This document shows positions 50,234 through 62,741 of a stretch of DNA of 64,000 nucleotides, one piece after another (the first letter of the stretch is position 1; every line of letters begins with the position of its first letter). The DNA is from Mesotaenium endlicherianum. Lineage: Eukaryota. The stretch lies in NCBI GenBank assembly GCA_009602735.1, contig WELA01000853.1:15947-79946 (forward strand), written 5' to 3'. A program made the translations under genes and the position numbers. The notes below the pieces were generated by a model. It was not told the DNA's origin and searched no databases. It saw only the letters and a list, made by a program, of their open reading frames with translations.

Positions 50234-51281
50234 AGCATGTTCACAGAAACATGTAATTTATTAAAAGGAATTCTCAAAGTAATGACTAGAAACGTAACCT
50301 AATGGAAATGGTGAACGTTGCAACGCGGAGCATATTGCCATGTTTGTACATGCATAGTGGCTTCCATGGGATGGTTGCGTGTCCGCTCAATCAATCTTGT
50401 ACATGTTGTCCGCGCCCTCACATAGACACGCATTTAAGCGCCCTCATACGCACTCACATAAAAAATCTCACACGCTCTTTGTACATGCATATATGTGCAA
50501 CGAAATGACCATGCACACGTCGCTCAACTGTAGGCTGAGCTTCACGACATATGTACACTCATATGCAAACTCGTCATGCTTGCATGCAAATACGCGAGTG
50601 AGTGCGCATGCATGAATGCACATCGTCATGTGTGCATAAACACCATTTCATACGCACATAAGATGTATGGGAATACATCTTCACTCCCCCACATGAGCAC
50701 GTCCAAGATTTTGTGTGGGCCCATTGTCTACGCACGCTTATCAGCACGCTTGTCGAATCAACCAGGTGCACCGACTTATATAGCGCTCCCGTGGGAGCTG
50801 GCGGGTTACCTCGGCGACGGTGCCAGCAACTTAACACGCTTGCATGCAAACGCATGTCAACGGCGTCACGATTACTTCTTTGGAATTTTCGTGTCACGTG
50901 TCATGTTGGGAGCGGTTTGCCTCTGACAATGTTTGTCCCCGTCCGGGCGCAGCGCGAACGAAACCTGCCGGCGGCCTGGATCGGCCTGGATCAGCCTGGA
51001 TCCTGTTCTGGATCGTCCCGTACACGTGGGCGATAGATCGTATGGCAATTTGGGCTCAAACATGTGAATGGCTCGCGCTCTCGTACATGCATATTGTATG
51101 AATTTCCGTGACATTCGATCAAGTACGGTCCTGTGGTGTGCTGCAGTGAGAAACTGGTCGCTGGGGTCTGGGCACTGGCCGACTGTGGCCTAGAGGCAGG
51201 CACACAAAAGTGCCCTTTTTGGGGGGTGGCATCGCTTCAAATTCTGCCTACACTCTTCACGTAAACTATCCACCTGACCTG
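50234..51281 (-). repeat. Right terminal inverted repeat (diverged extension inward to ~50010)
   Basis: Reverse complement of 25955-27011, with a few substitutions and small indels. Confidence 0.92.
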
Positions 51282-51465
51282 CAAAAGAGGTTCAATCAAA
51301 GCTGGTTCGTTCAAAAAATTTGCGCCGTTTGAGAACTAAGAGGGCGCCCCATATAGAATTCCTTAAGAGCCCCCTTGCACGCCTTTTCCGCGTAGCACAA
51401 TAGGAAGGATTGCATGCTCCCTAGGAGTTTGTCTTTGTGGTACTTACGAAGGGCAAATGCCACGA

Positions 51466-52908
51466 TTTGAAGATGAATAAATTTTATACAACTTTCTATA
51501 CATCTGAAATACATCATCCATCCTCACACATAATATACTATAATGCAGGTTAGAATTAGAGATATAGTATACAAGTGCTTGAATCCGTGCGTGAATGGTC
51601 TTGGACTTCGGACTTTGGACTTTGGACTTGGTGACTCCCAGTTCTGAACCTGCCTTTATCCTAGCCTATTCTAATGCATTTAGGCTGTATAGTCTTTAGA
51701 ATAACTGCCTCTGTGTCGTATTTCCTTGATTTAATGGGAATTTGCATCTAGTCTGTAGCATAGATATTCTACTTCCTATTGCAGCTAATGATCATATAAT
51801 ATTGTAGCTGTTGTTTCTGTTACTAGTTGCTTAGTTGCTAAGTGCAGCTAATTGGGAGGGTGGGAGGGATTCTAACAGCACTGTAGAAATGCACTGCAAT
51901 GCTTTCTCTCATCTTTCCTGCTTGCTATATACTTGTAGAATTTTCTAGCTTCTATCAGCTTGCCTACTCTCGTGAGATTGTAAGATGGAGTTTTCTATGC
52001 TGCATGAAGCTTATACATTTGATATAGACATTGAACTTTTTGAACTAGATCATGTGTGAAAGTGTAGAAATTTTTTGCACTTTCAAACTTCAATTTAATT
52101 TCATTAAATTGTCAGTTTGAAGATGCATAAATTTTATACAACTTTCTATATATCTCAAATACATCATCCATCCTCACACATGATATAATATAATGCAGGT
52201 TAGAATTATAGATGTAGTATACAAGTGCAAAGTCAACTCACATGCAGAGTATAGTAGAATAGGCTGGGGTAGGACATGCAGAGGAAGAAATGCAATCCAA
52301 GTAGGACAACTAGAGAGTAGCACAGAGAATCAACCAAGAGGGGTGCAGAAAGAACCAGAACAAGATGACAGGGAAAACAGCCAAGGAGAGGTAAGCAAAA
52401 ATGACCCTAGTAACACAGTAGGAGCAGAAATGACCACATCATAATGCAAAAGCTGCCAAACAACAGGGATACTCATTATCACCTTCTGCTCTTCTTCCTC
52501 ATGAATGCAATCAAGAGCTGCTCCTGAGAAATACTGGCAGCCTCTAGAGTATCAGGGGGAGCTATAGCTCTGGCAGCTAGAGTTGCCTGTGAATGAGCTT
52601 GTACCAAATAAGGTTCCTTGCCCTTCCTGGACTTCCGTCTTCCCATATCTTGGATGATACTATCAGAAACCTTCATGTTAGCAGCAGTGGAGGCAGCATC
52701 TTTTCTCAAAGAGTAGGTGCTAAACAGGCTAGTGTCTAACTTTACAGCTGTGAAACATTCTGCACACCACTGATGCACTGTTGGGTAAGACACAGGCTTC
52801 CCTGAAGGTCTACCCTGAGGTGTGAGCTCTTGGATCAAGGGTCCTGGTTCAGAGTACTCAGGCCATTCTGCTAACAGCCTGCAGAACATGTCCACAGGAC
52901 ACCATAAG
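51466..52908 (-). mobile_element. 3' part of a DIRS/PAT-like tyrosine recombinase retrotransposon, with split direct repeats
   Basis: YR C-terminus (52479-52908) followed by 113-bp direct repeats at 52116-52228 and 51466-51578 separated by ~540 bp, consistent with a B1-A2-B2 end. Confidence 0.75.
52479..52908 (-). pseudogene. Tyrosine recombinase, C-terminal half (decayed)
   Basis: LWCPV...FSTYSLRKDAAS...IQDMGRRKS....PY, corresponding to degenerate HSLRxG, GRW and catalytic Y motifs. Joins 62742+ across the TSD ATAAG. Confidence 0.85.
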
Positions 52909-53710
52909 TGAAATGAATCGACTTACTAAAAAGCGATTAATAATTAATGAAGATCTTTATATCAGCAAGTAATCTTCATGGTATTTTCTGTAGATTGATT
53001 AAACAGCAAAAGACAACACACTAGCAATGGACAATACTCGTAAGTCAAATGGAAGTAAACTAGCATCAATAATGCAATCGGTAAACTCACACATAAGGAA
53101 GGCTAGGAGACAGTGCATATCAATGGCTTCTCGCCTTGGATTCAGATCTCTCTCAGTAAGCTGTACAAAAGAGTTGGCCTCGTTTCCGAATGCCGAACTC
53201 GAGGGCAATACCTAACATATGTACATGGAATGAGTTTACTGTTCAACGGCCAGTGCGATGGCACCGCCTACCCGGGAGTTAACCACGTTGGTAGGACCTC
53301 GGTTAACCAAATCCACCGCCATCTCCCATCATCCCGAATCGCCATCCATCCTAAGGATGTCATCTGGCCATTCATCTAGCACACCACACTTAGATGCATA
53401 TTTAGGCAGTCGCTGCTACCGAGTACGAAAGTCAGCTGGCTGTCAAAGAATGTGTCAGCAAGCTGACCTAAGTTGACTTCAGCCTGCTGCCCCCGGCTGA
53501 GTCGTTTAACTGATTGTTTTATAAAATCCAGCATACTCAATATTAACTAAAGTTTAGCAGGCTGAACTTATTTAACCATCATATTTAAATGAATATTATA
53601 TCAACCAATGTACTAATTCATTACGATCCCTCCAACTTAACACGTTGTCGCCTCGACTACACTAACACTAATAACAGCGTGCTGTCCCTTCCGTCCCCAG
53701 CCTATTGCTA

Positions 53711-55877
53711 TTAGGAGGGAGATGTCCCTGGGGCCCTATACTCAGGGGAGCCAGACTTCCTCCTGTCTTAGAATCTCCTGAAGCCTGGGGGATCCGCGTA
53801 GGGGCCCAGCGGAGAACGCAGTAACTGGACTGTTTCCTCCTGCACAGTCTGAAACTGAAGGGAGGTAGCCTTCTCCTGGGCAGCCCTCAAATTGACAGGT
53901 ACATATACCGGCAACCCAGAAGGATGTTGCATGACATGAGCCAAGGGCACATGCCCTCTCTGCAAGGGAGATGCTGGCAGGCCTCTGGCTATCTCACGAG
54001 CAGCTGTAGTGATTTAAGTTATTTTATATATTAATTTGCATATATTTTAATATTTTCAAATATATTTGGAGTACTATTGTGTGGATTCAAGTGTGAATAG
54101 GTACTCTAGTGACTTGGTTCATGTCCTTTGAACCTTCTAAGGCATTTTCGAAGTTAGAGGAAAGACCTAGAAGAACTCCACGTGGCAAAAGTCAAATTCG
54201 TCATTTTTAGGTCAAAATGACATGTGTACATTATTCTAGAAAGAGGTGGCAAGTTCTGGGATGTGTTGGGTGCCAACACATCAACATACACCTTCCTACA
54301 AATTACTTATGTAGCAAGTATATAAACAAGAGCTAGAACATAGAAAGACATTCGAGAATCACTCTTGTACTTGCCACAATCCAGAAATATATTAACTTTC
54401 AAGAAGCCATCTCTCTTTCAAGAAGCTACCACTTGTGTTCAAAGATCCTTGTCTTGAATAGATAAAGTATTCTATTTTACTAAGTACTTTATCTATCTGT
54501 TTCATTGCAGTAGCCCTCCTGTCTGCCCTGTCTGACTAGGTCTCCGTGCCTGCAGATGGGCTCTGTCCTCTGGCAGTTCCCAACCAAGTGATGTCCTCCT
54601 CTTCAGCGAGCTGTTGCAAGGCCATCTCAGTCTTCTCCCTTACAGGGGATGGGGCAGGTGTCAGGACCACAGCGGGGCTAGTGTCCTCCTCCTCGCCTTC
54701 CTCTTCTTCCTCTGACCGCTCCTCCTCTCCTTCCCCTGGTTCCTCTGAGACCGCTGGGGTTTCCTCTGTCAGCTGCTCTAGCTCTTCCCGAGAAAAAGAG
54801 TACCCCACTGACCTTCCCCTTTTGGGTGCTGGTGGAGGCTGTTAAGTCCGGACCGCATATAGGTCCTTTTCTCCCTGCTTGCTTGCCCATTTGGCATAAG
54901 CATGCTTCCCTTTAGAGAATGACTCACGGGGCCCTGCTCCTGTCCTCCTGCATTTCTTGGCTCATGCAGTCTCTTACTCCATCCCATCTTGGGTCCCAAG
55001 CTGCAATGTGAGGAGGCAACAGTATGTTTCCCTGTAGGTTTGTTAGGCAATCCTCATCCTTTGCCTTGTCATTCTGCTGGTCCCTCGTGTCGATGGTCAT
55101 CCACCGCCAATCGATGGGCTTCTGGAAAAAGGCAGAGTCTGTCCTTTTCAGGGTGCACGGGTACCAGTGCCCTGCGAAGTCCAGCTGACTGGTTTCCCTG
55201 GCCAAGAACTCCCAGCTTCTCCTCTCCACCTCATTATACATGGCCATGAACCGGTTATAGGGTGTAGAGTCCTTGAAGCTGTCCGCGTCCATGGGGATCA
55301 TCCTGATGACCCTATCCTTTCCCCAGATACTTGGGATCGATACAGCTCCTGTCTCATTCATTTGGGCCATTGCCTTGGCCTCTCTGACTGTATACCCTAC
55401 CATCCTGGCATAATCGTGGTAATGGAGTAGCTCTGTGCTGACCTCAATATACATGTCAAAGTAACCTGATGTCTCCCCTTCCCTTTGCACGATGTCCTGC
55501 TGTGCCACACTGCGACTTCTTTGGACATACTTGAAGGCCTCCTCCAGTAGATCAAAGCCCTTGCCCAGTATTGTGTAGCGGTAGCTGCTAATTCTCCTCT
55601 GTTCTTCTTCTTCAGCCTGCTGCTTCCGCCTCTCCTCGGCTTGCCTCTCCTCTTCCGCCTTCTTGGCCTCCTCTGCAGCTTTTCAGTCCAGTTCTTCTTG
55701 CCTGAGCCTGGCTTGCTCCTCCTCCTCCTTCTTCTTCTATGCCTCCCGCTGTTGTTGGAGTCGTTGTGATTCTCGAACGGAGATGGAGGAAGATTCGATG
55801 TCGCCACGGAATTGCAAGTAACCTGCATGTGCCTCTTCCGCTCTTCCCTTCCTCTTAAGTTTCGACTTCTGGGTCAT
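53711..55877 (-). pseudogene. E3 ORF3 (frameshifted, interrupted by a solo LTR)
   Basis: Fragments YNEVERRSWEFLARE, DWRWMT, LPPHIAAWDPR, PKRGRSVGYS and GHVPLAHVMQHPSGLPVYV match E2 ORF3. Confidence 0.88.
54005..54509 (+). mobile_element. Solo LTR of the E1 family
   Basis: Reverse complement of the E1 LTR, TG..CA ends, TSD GCAGC/GTAGC. Confidence 0.93.
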
Positions 55878-56235
55878 CCTGCTCAATCGTAAACTTAATG
55901 CAGTCAGTGGAGTCATGATACTTTGCCGCTACTAAGTGTCCGTAGTTAAGAAGAACGTGATAGGGAGAGTCCTTAATGTGTAGTACCTTGTGTAAGTGAG
56001 TATAAGAGAGAATTGAGTTAGAGAGAAAAAGTGAGTATGAGCGCAGGTTGAGTGTGTAGAGTGGTTATAAAAATTTCCCTGGCTGATCCCGAAACGGAAC
56101 ACACTCCCTCCAACTTAATTGTAAGGTGGGCTGTTTGTCAAGACTGTCACTATCTATCACTAATCGTCACATTGCCCTCCGACTTATATGGAGACAGGAC
56201 CTCCTGTCACCTGTCCATGGCCACTGAAATGACAG

Positions 56236-59200
56236 TAAGGGAGGGGCGCCAGCCGCCCGAAGGTAGAACCGTTTTAACGCCCCTTTGGCATTGGTCAGCT
56301 GGTCTTCAAATTCCCAAGTGTCTCCAGAGGCGTTGTAACCCTTCCATCTGACCAGGTACTTCATGACATGTTTAGATGAGCGACGGACAGAGCGAGCGTC
56401 TAAAATCTCCTCGACCTCATATTCCTCAGGGTCACCATCCCGGACAGCGGGGACCGGTCCGGGTTGGACAGGTAACCGACCTGTGAACAGTGCGTCACCT
56501 TTGATGTATGGTTCCAGGAAGGAGACATTAAAGACCGGGTGGCCCTTATATTTTGCTGACATGTTCAGTTTGTAAGCATTTTGATTGACACGGCGCACCA
56601 CCGAATATGGACCGACCCAGACAGGACCATGCTTTTTCTTGACCACACCAGGTAGGTACAGGTGCTGAGAATGCAGTTTGACCAAATCGCCCTTAGTAAA
56701 TATCAGTTCACGACGGTGCTGATTAGCGTATTTTTGTTGGTTTTCCTGGGCTTTCTGCAGGTTCTGTTGGACTTCTGACAGGGTGTCAGCAAACTCCTGT
56801 GTTAACTGGAGGGAGACCGGATTGTCAATCCCTTCAAGGTGAGTTAAAGACTCCCCCAATACATCTAAAGGAGACTTAGGGACTCTACCCAAACCGAGTT
56901 CAAAAGGAGTCTTGCTCGTTGACGCGTGCACCGCACTGTTGACCGCAAACTGGATTTGAGGTAACAAATCATCCCAATCATCTTGTTTTTGGTTAATATA
57001 GGCTCTCAGTACCTCTTGCAGAACTCGGTTAGTTCTTTCAGTCTGCCCATCAGTCTAAGGGTGGTTTGCTGTGCTGAGCAGCTGCCTGACTCCCATTAAC
57101 CCCATTAAAGCTCTCCAGAACTTAGAGGTAAACTTTGAGTCTTTGTCTGAGATGATATTAGAGGGTAGTCCATGTTGGCATACTACATGGTTGTAGAACT
57201 GTCTCGCTGTTTTGAGTGCAGTTACTTTGACAGTTGTGGGGATATAAATGACCATTGTTGTCAGTTTATCCACGACTATCAGTATGGAATCATGCCCAGT
57301 GGCAGTTCTTGGTAGTGTTACCACCCAGTCCATGGATATTTTCCCAGTGGCCAACTGGGATGGGCAGCGGTTGTAAGAGGCCCCCCGGTGGTGTGCTTAG
57401 ACTTATTCCTTTGGCACTGGTCACAGGACTTAACATATTTCAAGACCTCCCGAGGTAATCCCTCCCAATGATAATGTTTTGCCACTTTGCCAACGGTCTT
57501 GGCCTGCCCCAAATGCCCACCCAATAAACTGTCATGGGTTTGACTCAGTAAAAGAGACCTTATTTCCAAGTTATTAGGAATGACTAGCTTCAGCCTGCCT
57601 AAAGTGGTTTCAGTCACCCAGACCCCACCCTTAAGTCTATACCCGAGTGCAGTAGCAGGACACACACCGTCAGTGGGGCTGGGCTCAAATGTTGTATTAG
57701 AAAGGTAGGGTTTCCTAAGTTGTTCAAGGAAGGACTTTTTCACCTTTAGTGAAGTCAGTGCACAAAGGTCTTTCTCTACAGCATGCTGACTAAAGTTCCT
57801 TTCTTGCAAGTCAGGTCTTCAAAAGAGTGCATAAGCAGGGTTCAACTTCCCTGGTTTATAGCCAATCTGGACTTGAAACTGCTCCAGCATCTGGCTCCAG
57901 CGGTTCTCCCTCCTCGACAGCTTGGACTTCTTCTGAAAGTGAGTAAGAGCTGAATGATCTGTAATCACCTTCAACGCTTTACCATATAAGTATGCTCTCC
58001 ACTGTTAGAGCACATGAATGATTGCTAGCAGCTCTTTATCATGCACTGAGTGATTAATCTCAGCTGGATTAAATTTCATATACTCATACAACACAGGATG
58101 CCACTCCTGCTTTACCTTACCATCCTTTATGGTTTTGTCAACAGGCTGCAACAAAATAGCACACATGGCAAAGTCATAGGCATCAGTAACCACCTGCACA
58201 GTTTTGCTGGGGTCATACACGGCTAGCACTGGGGCAGAACAAAGAGCATCTTTAAGGGTCTGGAAGGCACCCCGCTGCTCTTCCCCCCACACATACCCTA
58301 TGTCTTTCTTGGTAAGGGCAGTCAGTTTACTGGCCGTTGTTGAATAATTCTCAATAAAATCTCATATAGTAGTATGCCAACCCAAGGAAGGATCTAACTT
58401 CGGAGACGGATTGTGGTATAGGCCAGTCCCTTATGGTCTGGACCTCCTTAGGATCCACACTGATGCCCTCTTTGCTGACAACATGGCCATGGATTTCAAT
58501 ACTTTCTTTGAAGAAATCACACTTGCTCATTTTAGCATACAACTGGTTCCTTCTCAGAGTGTCCATGACTGTCTTTAAGTGTTCAGCATGCTGAGCTTCA
58601 TCCTTAGAGAAAATTAAAATATCATCCAAGAAGACTTGCACAAATTTGTCCAGGTAAGGTCTGAAAATGTCATTCATAGCACCCATGAAGGTTGCAGGAG
58701 CATTGGTCAGTCCGAATGGCATCACGTTGACCTCATAGTGTCCATAACGTGTGCGAAAGGCAGTCTTGTGTTCATCCCCCTCAGCAATTCTGATTTGATG
58801 ATAATCACTCTTGAGATCTATCTTACTGAACACTATAGCACCAGACAGGGTATCAAGCAAGTCCACGATTTTGGGTAAAGCATACTTGTTCTTTACTGTT
58901 ATTCTGTTAAAGGCTCTGTAATCAACACACATCCGCGTACTCCCATCCTTTTTCTTAACAAAGAGAATGGGTGCGCCATAAGGTGATTTACTGAAAGAAA
59001 TGTAACCATTTTCCTCAAGCTCTGCAATCTGTGTTTTCAAGTCTTTGCTCTCCACATAAGACAAGCCATAAGTGGGTTGCCAGGGTGGCTGACTCCCAGG
59101 TAATAAGTCAATCTTGTGATCCACTTCCCTCTTAGGAGGTAGTCCTGGAGGCATATTGAAAACATCAGCGTACTGAGCAACAATTTTTGCAGCAGTAGGG

Positions 59201-60036
59201 TGCTCCGGAGGGCTTACCTTGTTCTCAACCACTTCTTCAGGTTGAGGAGGTACCTCTCTTAGCAGCAGACAGAACATTCTGTCTTCCCTTTGGTTCCAGC
59301 TGTCGATGAACTCCATTGCATTCAGCAATTTGCATCCTCCTAGAAGCCTCTTCTTTTCCTTCATTTGCCATCCACACAGGACAAGAGGAAGAGCACTGGT
59401 GGGTGCCAAGTCAGTCTGCCCATCACTGGCTCCTCTCACTTTAACTGTACCTCTGCTCCAACACACTTCAGCTTGATGTCTATTAAGCCAGGACCTGCCT
59501 AGCACAAGATCATAGAAGCCAGTGTTGAGTACCTCAAATGTAAGCGTTTCAGTTAGAACTGTAATGCCAGAACCTAACTGGACCTCAATAGGCTTGGTTA
59601 TAATTCCTCCCGAGATACTTGAGGCATCTCCAAGGAATACTTTTCTATTTCCTTGGGTGACAGTAGGCAGCCTTAGCCGCTTAACTAAGTCCTTATGGAT
59701 GAAAGTATGTGACGCCCCTCTGTCAACAAATGCCCTCACCTTCCTACCTGCAATCATGCAATGCAGTAGGATAGGGGGGACTGTCTTTTCCTGACTTTCG
59801 CATTGTTCTCCTGACGTAGCAAAGAAATGTTGGACATCAGGTGGAACAAGATCATCCAAAGTGTGCACTCTTTAGAGATCTATATTGCTGATAGGTCTCC
59901 TTTATCTGGTTGTCAGGCATGAATAGTAAATCCAGTTCAGCAGGACCCATCATACCTGCTACGAGGGCAGCTAGTGACGACTCACTATCTCTAGCATCCT
60001 CACAGTCAGTAGACTAGATTACTGACTGTTGCTGTC
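56236..60036 (-). pseudogene. pol: E3 pol pseudogene
   Basis: ORF fragments 58351-59868, 58005-58292, 57318-57809, 57055-57354 and 56167-56967 are collinear with and highly similar to E2 Pol. Confidence 0.93.
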
Positions 60037-60042
60037 TTTTAA

Positions 60043-60740
60043 CACTAGGTATCCCATTGGACCATATATGGTCTAGCTAACCCCCATTTTTCAGCGCTGA
60101 CCTCCAGGGTGCTACAGTTGACCAACTGGTACAAATTTTGGCTCAAACGAACCGTACAGATTTGAACCTTAGGCGAAAAAATGCAAAATGGTCTTCCGAT
60201 TATTAACGACAAAGTTAGAGTGAAAAGAAGGAGGTTCAAAGTTCAGGTTCACAACAAAATTTCAAGTGAAAAGTCTGTCATACCCGAGGTCACTAAAGAG
60301 CTCTTAGAGCCATGACTTCTTCAAATGCGCCAAAAATAGTTGTGGGTGGTAAATTACTCATCCTTGCCACCTTCTGGGGAGATGCATGGGCGAAAAAGAC
60401 ATTTGGACAATATTACATAGAGTTTTTCTTAGTCGAAATTGTGAGAAAGGAGATTGTGAGGACTAAAAAGGAAAACTCATGGCTCATAGAAGTGTTGTAT
60501 GACAAAGAAAAGAAGCAATGGGAGGCATGGCAGGTCAGGCAGTACCTATCTACAGTGCCCGAAGAGTCTTGGTTTTATTTCGAGCCGCATGTAGTTCGTT
60601 TTGGCTTGGTTTCCTCAAGGGCCTCTTTGCTTTCAAATTCGAGAGAGAATGAGGGTCACAGTCTAATTTCGTCCTCCCAAGATCCAAATGATGACTCACA
60701 GCCAAGGTCTAGTGATGGTGAGGAGGATAAGGAGGATGAG

Positions 60741-60772
<32 letters not shown>

Positions 60773-61780
60773 GGATATTATGAGGAAGAGGGGCAGGCCT
60801 GACACCGGAAGAGGTAAGCAGCTGATGCTCATTGTTCCTACTGTTAAAAATGAGAAAAAGAAGAGGAGGAGAAGGGCAACTGCTCCATAACCATAATTTC
60901 TCCTTAACCATAACTTCTCCAAACATTGTGGTGCACTACAAAACACACAAAGACGCTGTTGATCAATTTTACAAGCTCTGTGTGAGGGATAAGTTCTTTG
61001 TCGAGACTTCTGCTGTGAGCTTAAAGTGGTGGCACAAACTATATTGGGGTCTATTTGATGCTGCCCTGGCCGATGCCTACATCCTCTACAACCTGGCCCA
61101 TCCTGAGAGTGACAGGTATCCCTTCATGTTAGATGTTGTAGCGGAGATGACAGACTTCCCTGATCCACATGAGGGGAGGCGCTTTCGCTGGAGTGCGGGG
61201 CGGGCTGGGATTGACAGGTTCCTAGGGAGACACTTCCCTAAGCACCTTCCAGGAGGCTCTAGACCAGGATGTCTAGTGTGCAAGAGCAAGTTGTATGACC
61301 TAGGCCATGAGAAGAGTAAGGTGAGGCCTAGCTATTGGTGCGCAACGTGTGGAGTAGCGCTTTGCCCCGCGCCTTGCTTTGAGGAGTACCATACCAACAG
61401 GCACATAGCACATGTAGATAGTGGCCCCTACAAGCTGAGTAGCAGTAAGAAGTAGGATTGTAGAGCAGAAGAACTGCAACTGAAACATATATGAAAGACT
61501 TTGTGCTCCATAAACAATTCAGCTTCATGTGTGCAAAGCTGTCGATTCTGCAATATTTTGCAACTAATAATTCATTTTTAATCATTTTAATTCATTATTT
61601 TGTATATAAATATTTATTTGTAAGTAAAGTAAGACCTTACTTTCAAGCTCCACTTTACAGATTACTATTTGCATGTGCAAAGAATAAATTATGAATTATC
61701 AACTGTGATGCTTTGGTGCATGAGGCACTAAAAAGTACGAAAAATACCCGGACCCCATATGGTCCACTAAGTACAGAGTG
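60043..61780 (+). mobile_element. Internally deleted piggyBac-superfamily DNA transposon
   Basis: Begins right after TTAA (60039-60042) with CACTAGGTATCCCATTGGACCATATATGGTC. Imperfect inverted end GACCCCATATGGTCCACTAAGTACAGAGTG at 61751-61780. The right TTAA is missing. Confidence 0.82.
60312..61455 (+). pseudogene. piggyBac transposase remnant: N-terminal acidic region (60312-60890) and C-terminal part with Cys-rich domain (~60915-61455); most of the DDD core is deleted
   Basis: PNIVVHY....AVDQ...KWWHKLYWGLFDAALADAYILY and HFP...CLVC...YWCATCGVALCPAPCFEEYH, typical of the PGBD C-terminus. Confidence 0.85.
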
Positions 61781-61867
61781 TGCCTCCACAAAGCTACTGA
61801 TTAGAATGAAGTGAAATTTGTTTCATATGATAGGTAAGACACATGCCTACCCCAAATTAAATCAACA

Positions 61868-61989
61868 ACTACTGCTTCCAAATAGGTACGGGTTCCCGCT
61901 ACATGGCTTTCAGCCTGATTTTTGACATTTTCGTTATCGTGGTTCTCCATGTCTCGGGAGTTGCTAGTTTGAGACATTGTCCTTACCAT
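61868..61989 (-). pseudogene. gag: 5' stub of E3 gag (rest deleted)
   Basis: [40 protein letters not shown] matches the E2 Gag N-terminus. Confidence 0.88.
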
Positions 61990-62741
61990 ACAAAGAAGAC
62001 TGTGATAACTGCTCCGATACCACTGAAATGTTTCGACTTACTAAAAAGGCAATTAATAATTAATGAGGATCTTTATATCGGCAAGGAATCTTTATGGTAT
62101 TTTCTGTTGATTGATTAAACGGCAAAAGACAACACACTAGCAGTGGAGAATACTCCGAAGTCAAATGGAAGTAAACTAGCATCAATAATGCAATCAGTAA
62201 ACTCACACATATGCAAGGCTAGGAGACAGTGCATATCAATGGCTTCTCGCCTTGGATTCAGATCTCTCTCAGTAAGCTGTACAAGATAGTTGGCCTTGTT
62301 TCCGAATGCCCAACTCGAGAGCAATACCTAGCATATGTACATGGAATGAGTTTACTGTTCAACGGCCAGTGCGATGGCACCGCCTACCTGGGAGTTAACC
62401 ACGTTGGTAGGACCTCGGTTAACCAAATCCACCGCCATGTTCTATCATCCCGAATCGCCATCCATCCTAAGGATGTCATCTGGCCATTCATCTAGCACAC
62501 CACACTTAGATGCATATTTAGGCAGTCGCTGCTACCGAGTACGAAAGTCAGCTGGCTGTCAAAGAATGTGTCAGCAAGCTGACCTAAGTTGACTTCAGCC
62601 TGCTGCCCCCGGCTGAGTCGTTTAACTGATTGTTTTATAAAATCCAGCAGACTCAATATTAACTATAGTTCAGCAGGCTGAACTTATTTAAGTATTATAT
62701 TTAAATGAATATTATATCAACCAATATACTGATTCATTACA

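Larger units (their letters stand above)
25955..51281. mobile_element. Giant non-autonomous long-TIR (foldback-type) DNA transposon with 7-bp TSD CAAAAGA
   Basis: caaaaga|CAGGTCAGGTGGATAG... at the left and ...CTATCCACCTGACCTG|caaaaga at the right. Mirror-image ORFs appear in the track (26129-26943 vs 50302-51114). Confidence 0.9.
52909..62741 (-). mobile_element. E3: decayed E2-family chromovirus inserted in the DIRS YR gene
   Basis: LTRs 52909-53625 and 62024-62741, TSD ATAAG on both sides, PBS 62011-62022, PPT 53626-53640. pol carries frameshifts and stops. Confidence 0.95.
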
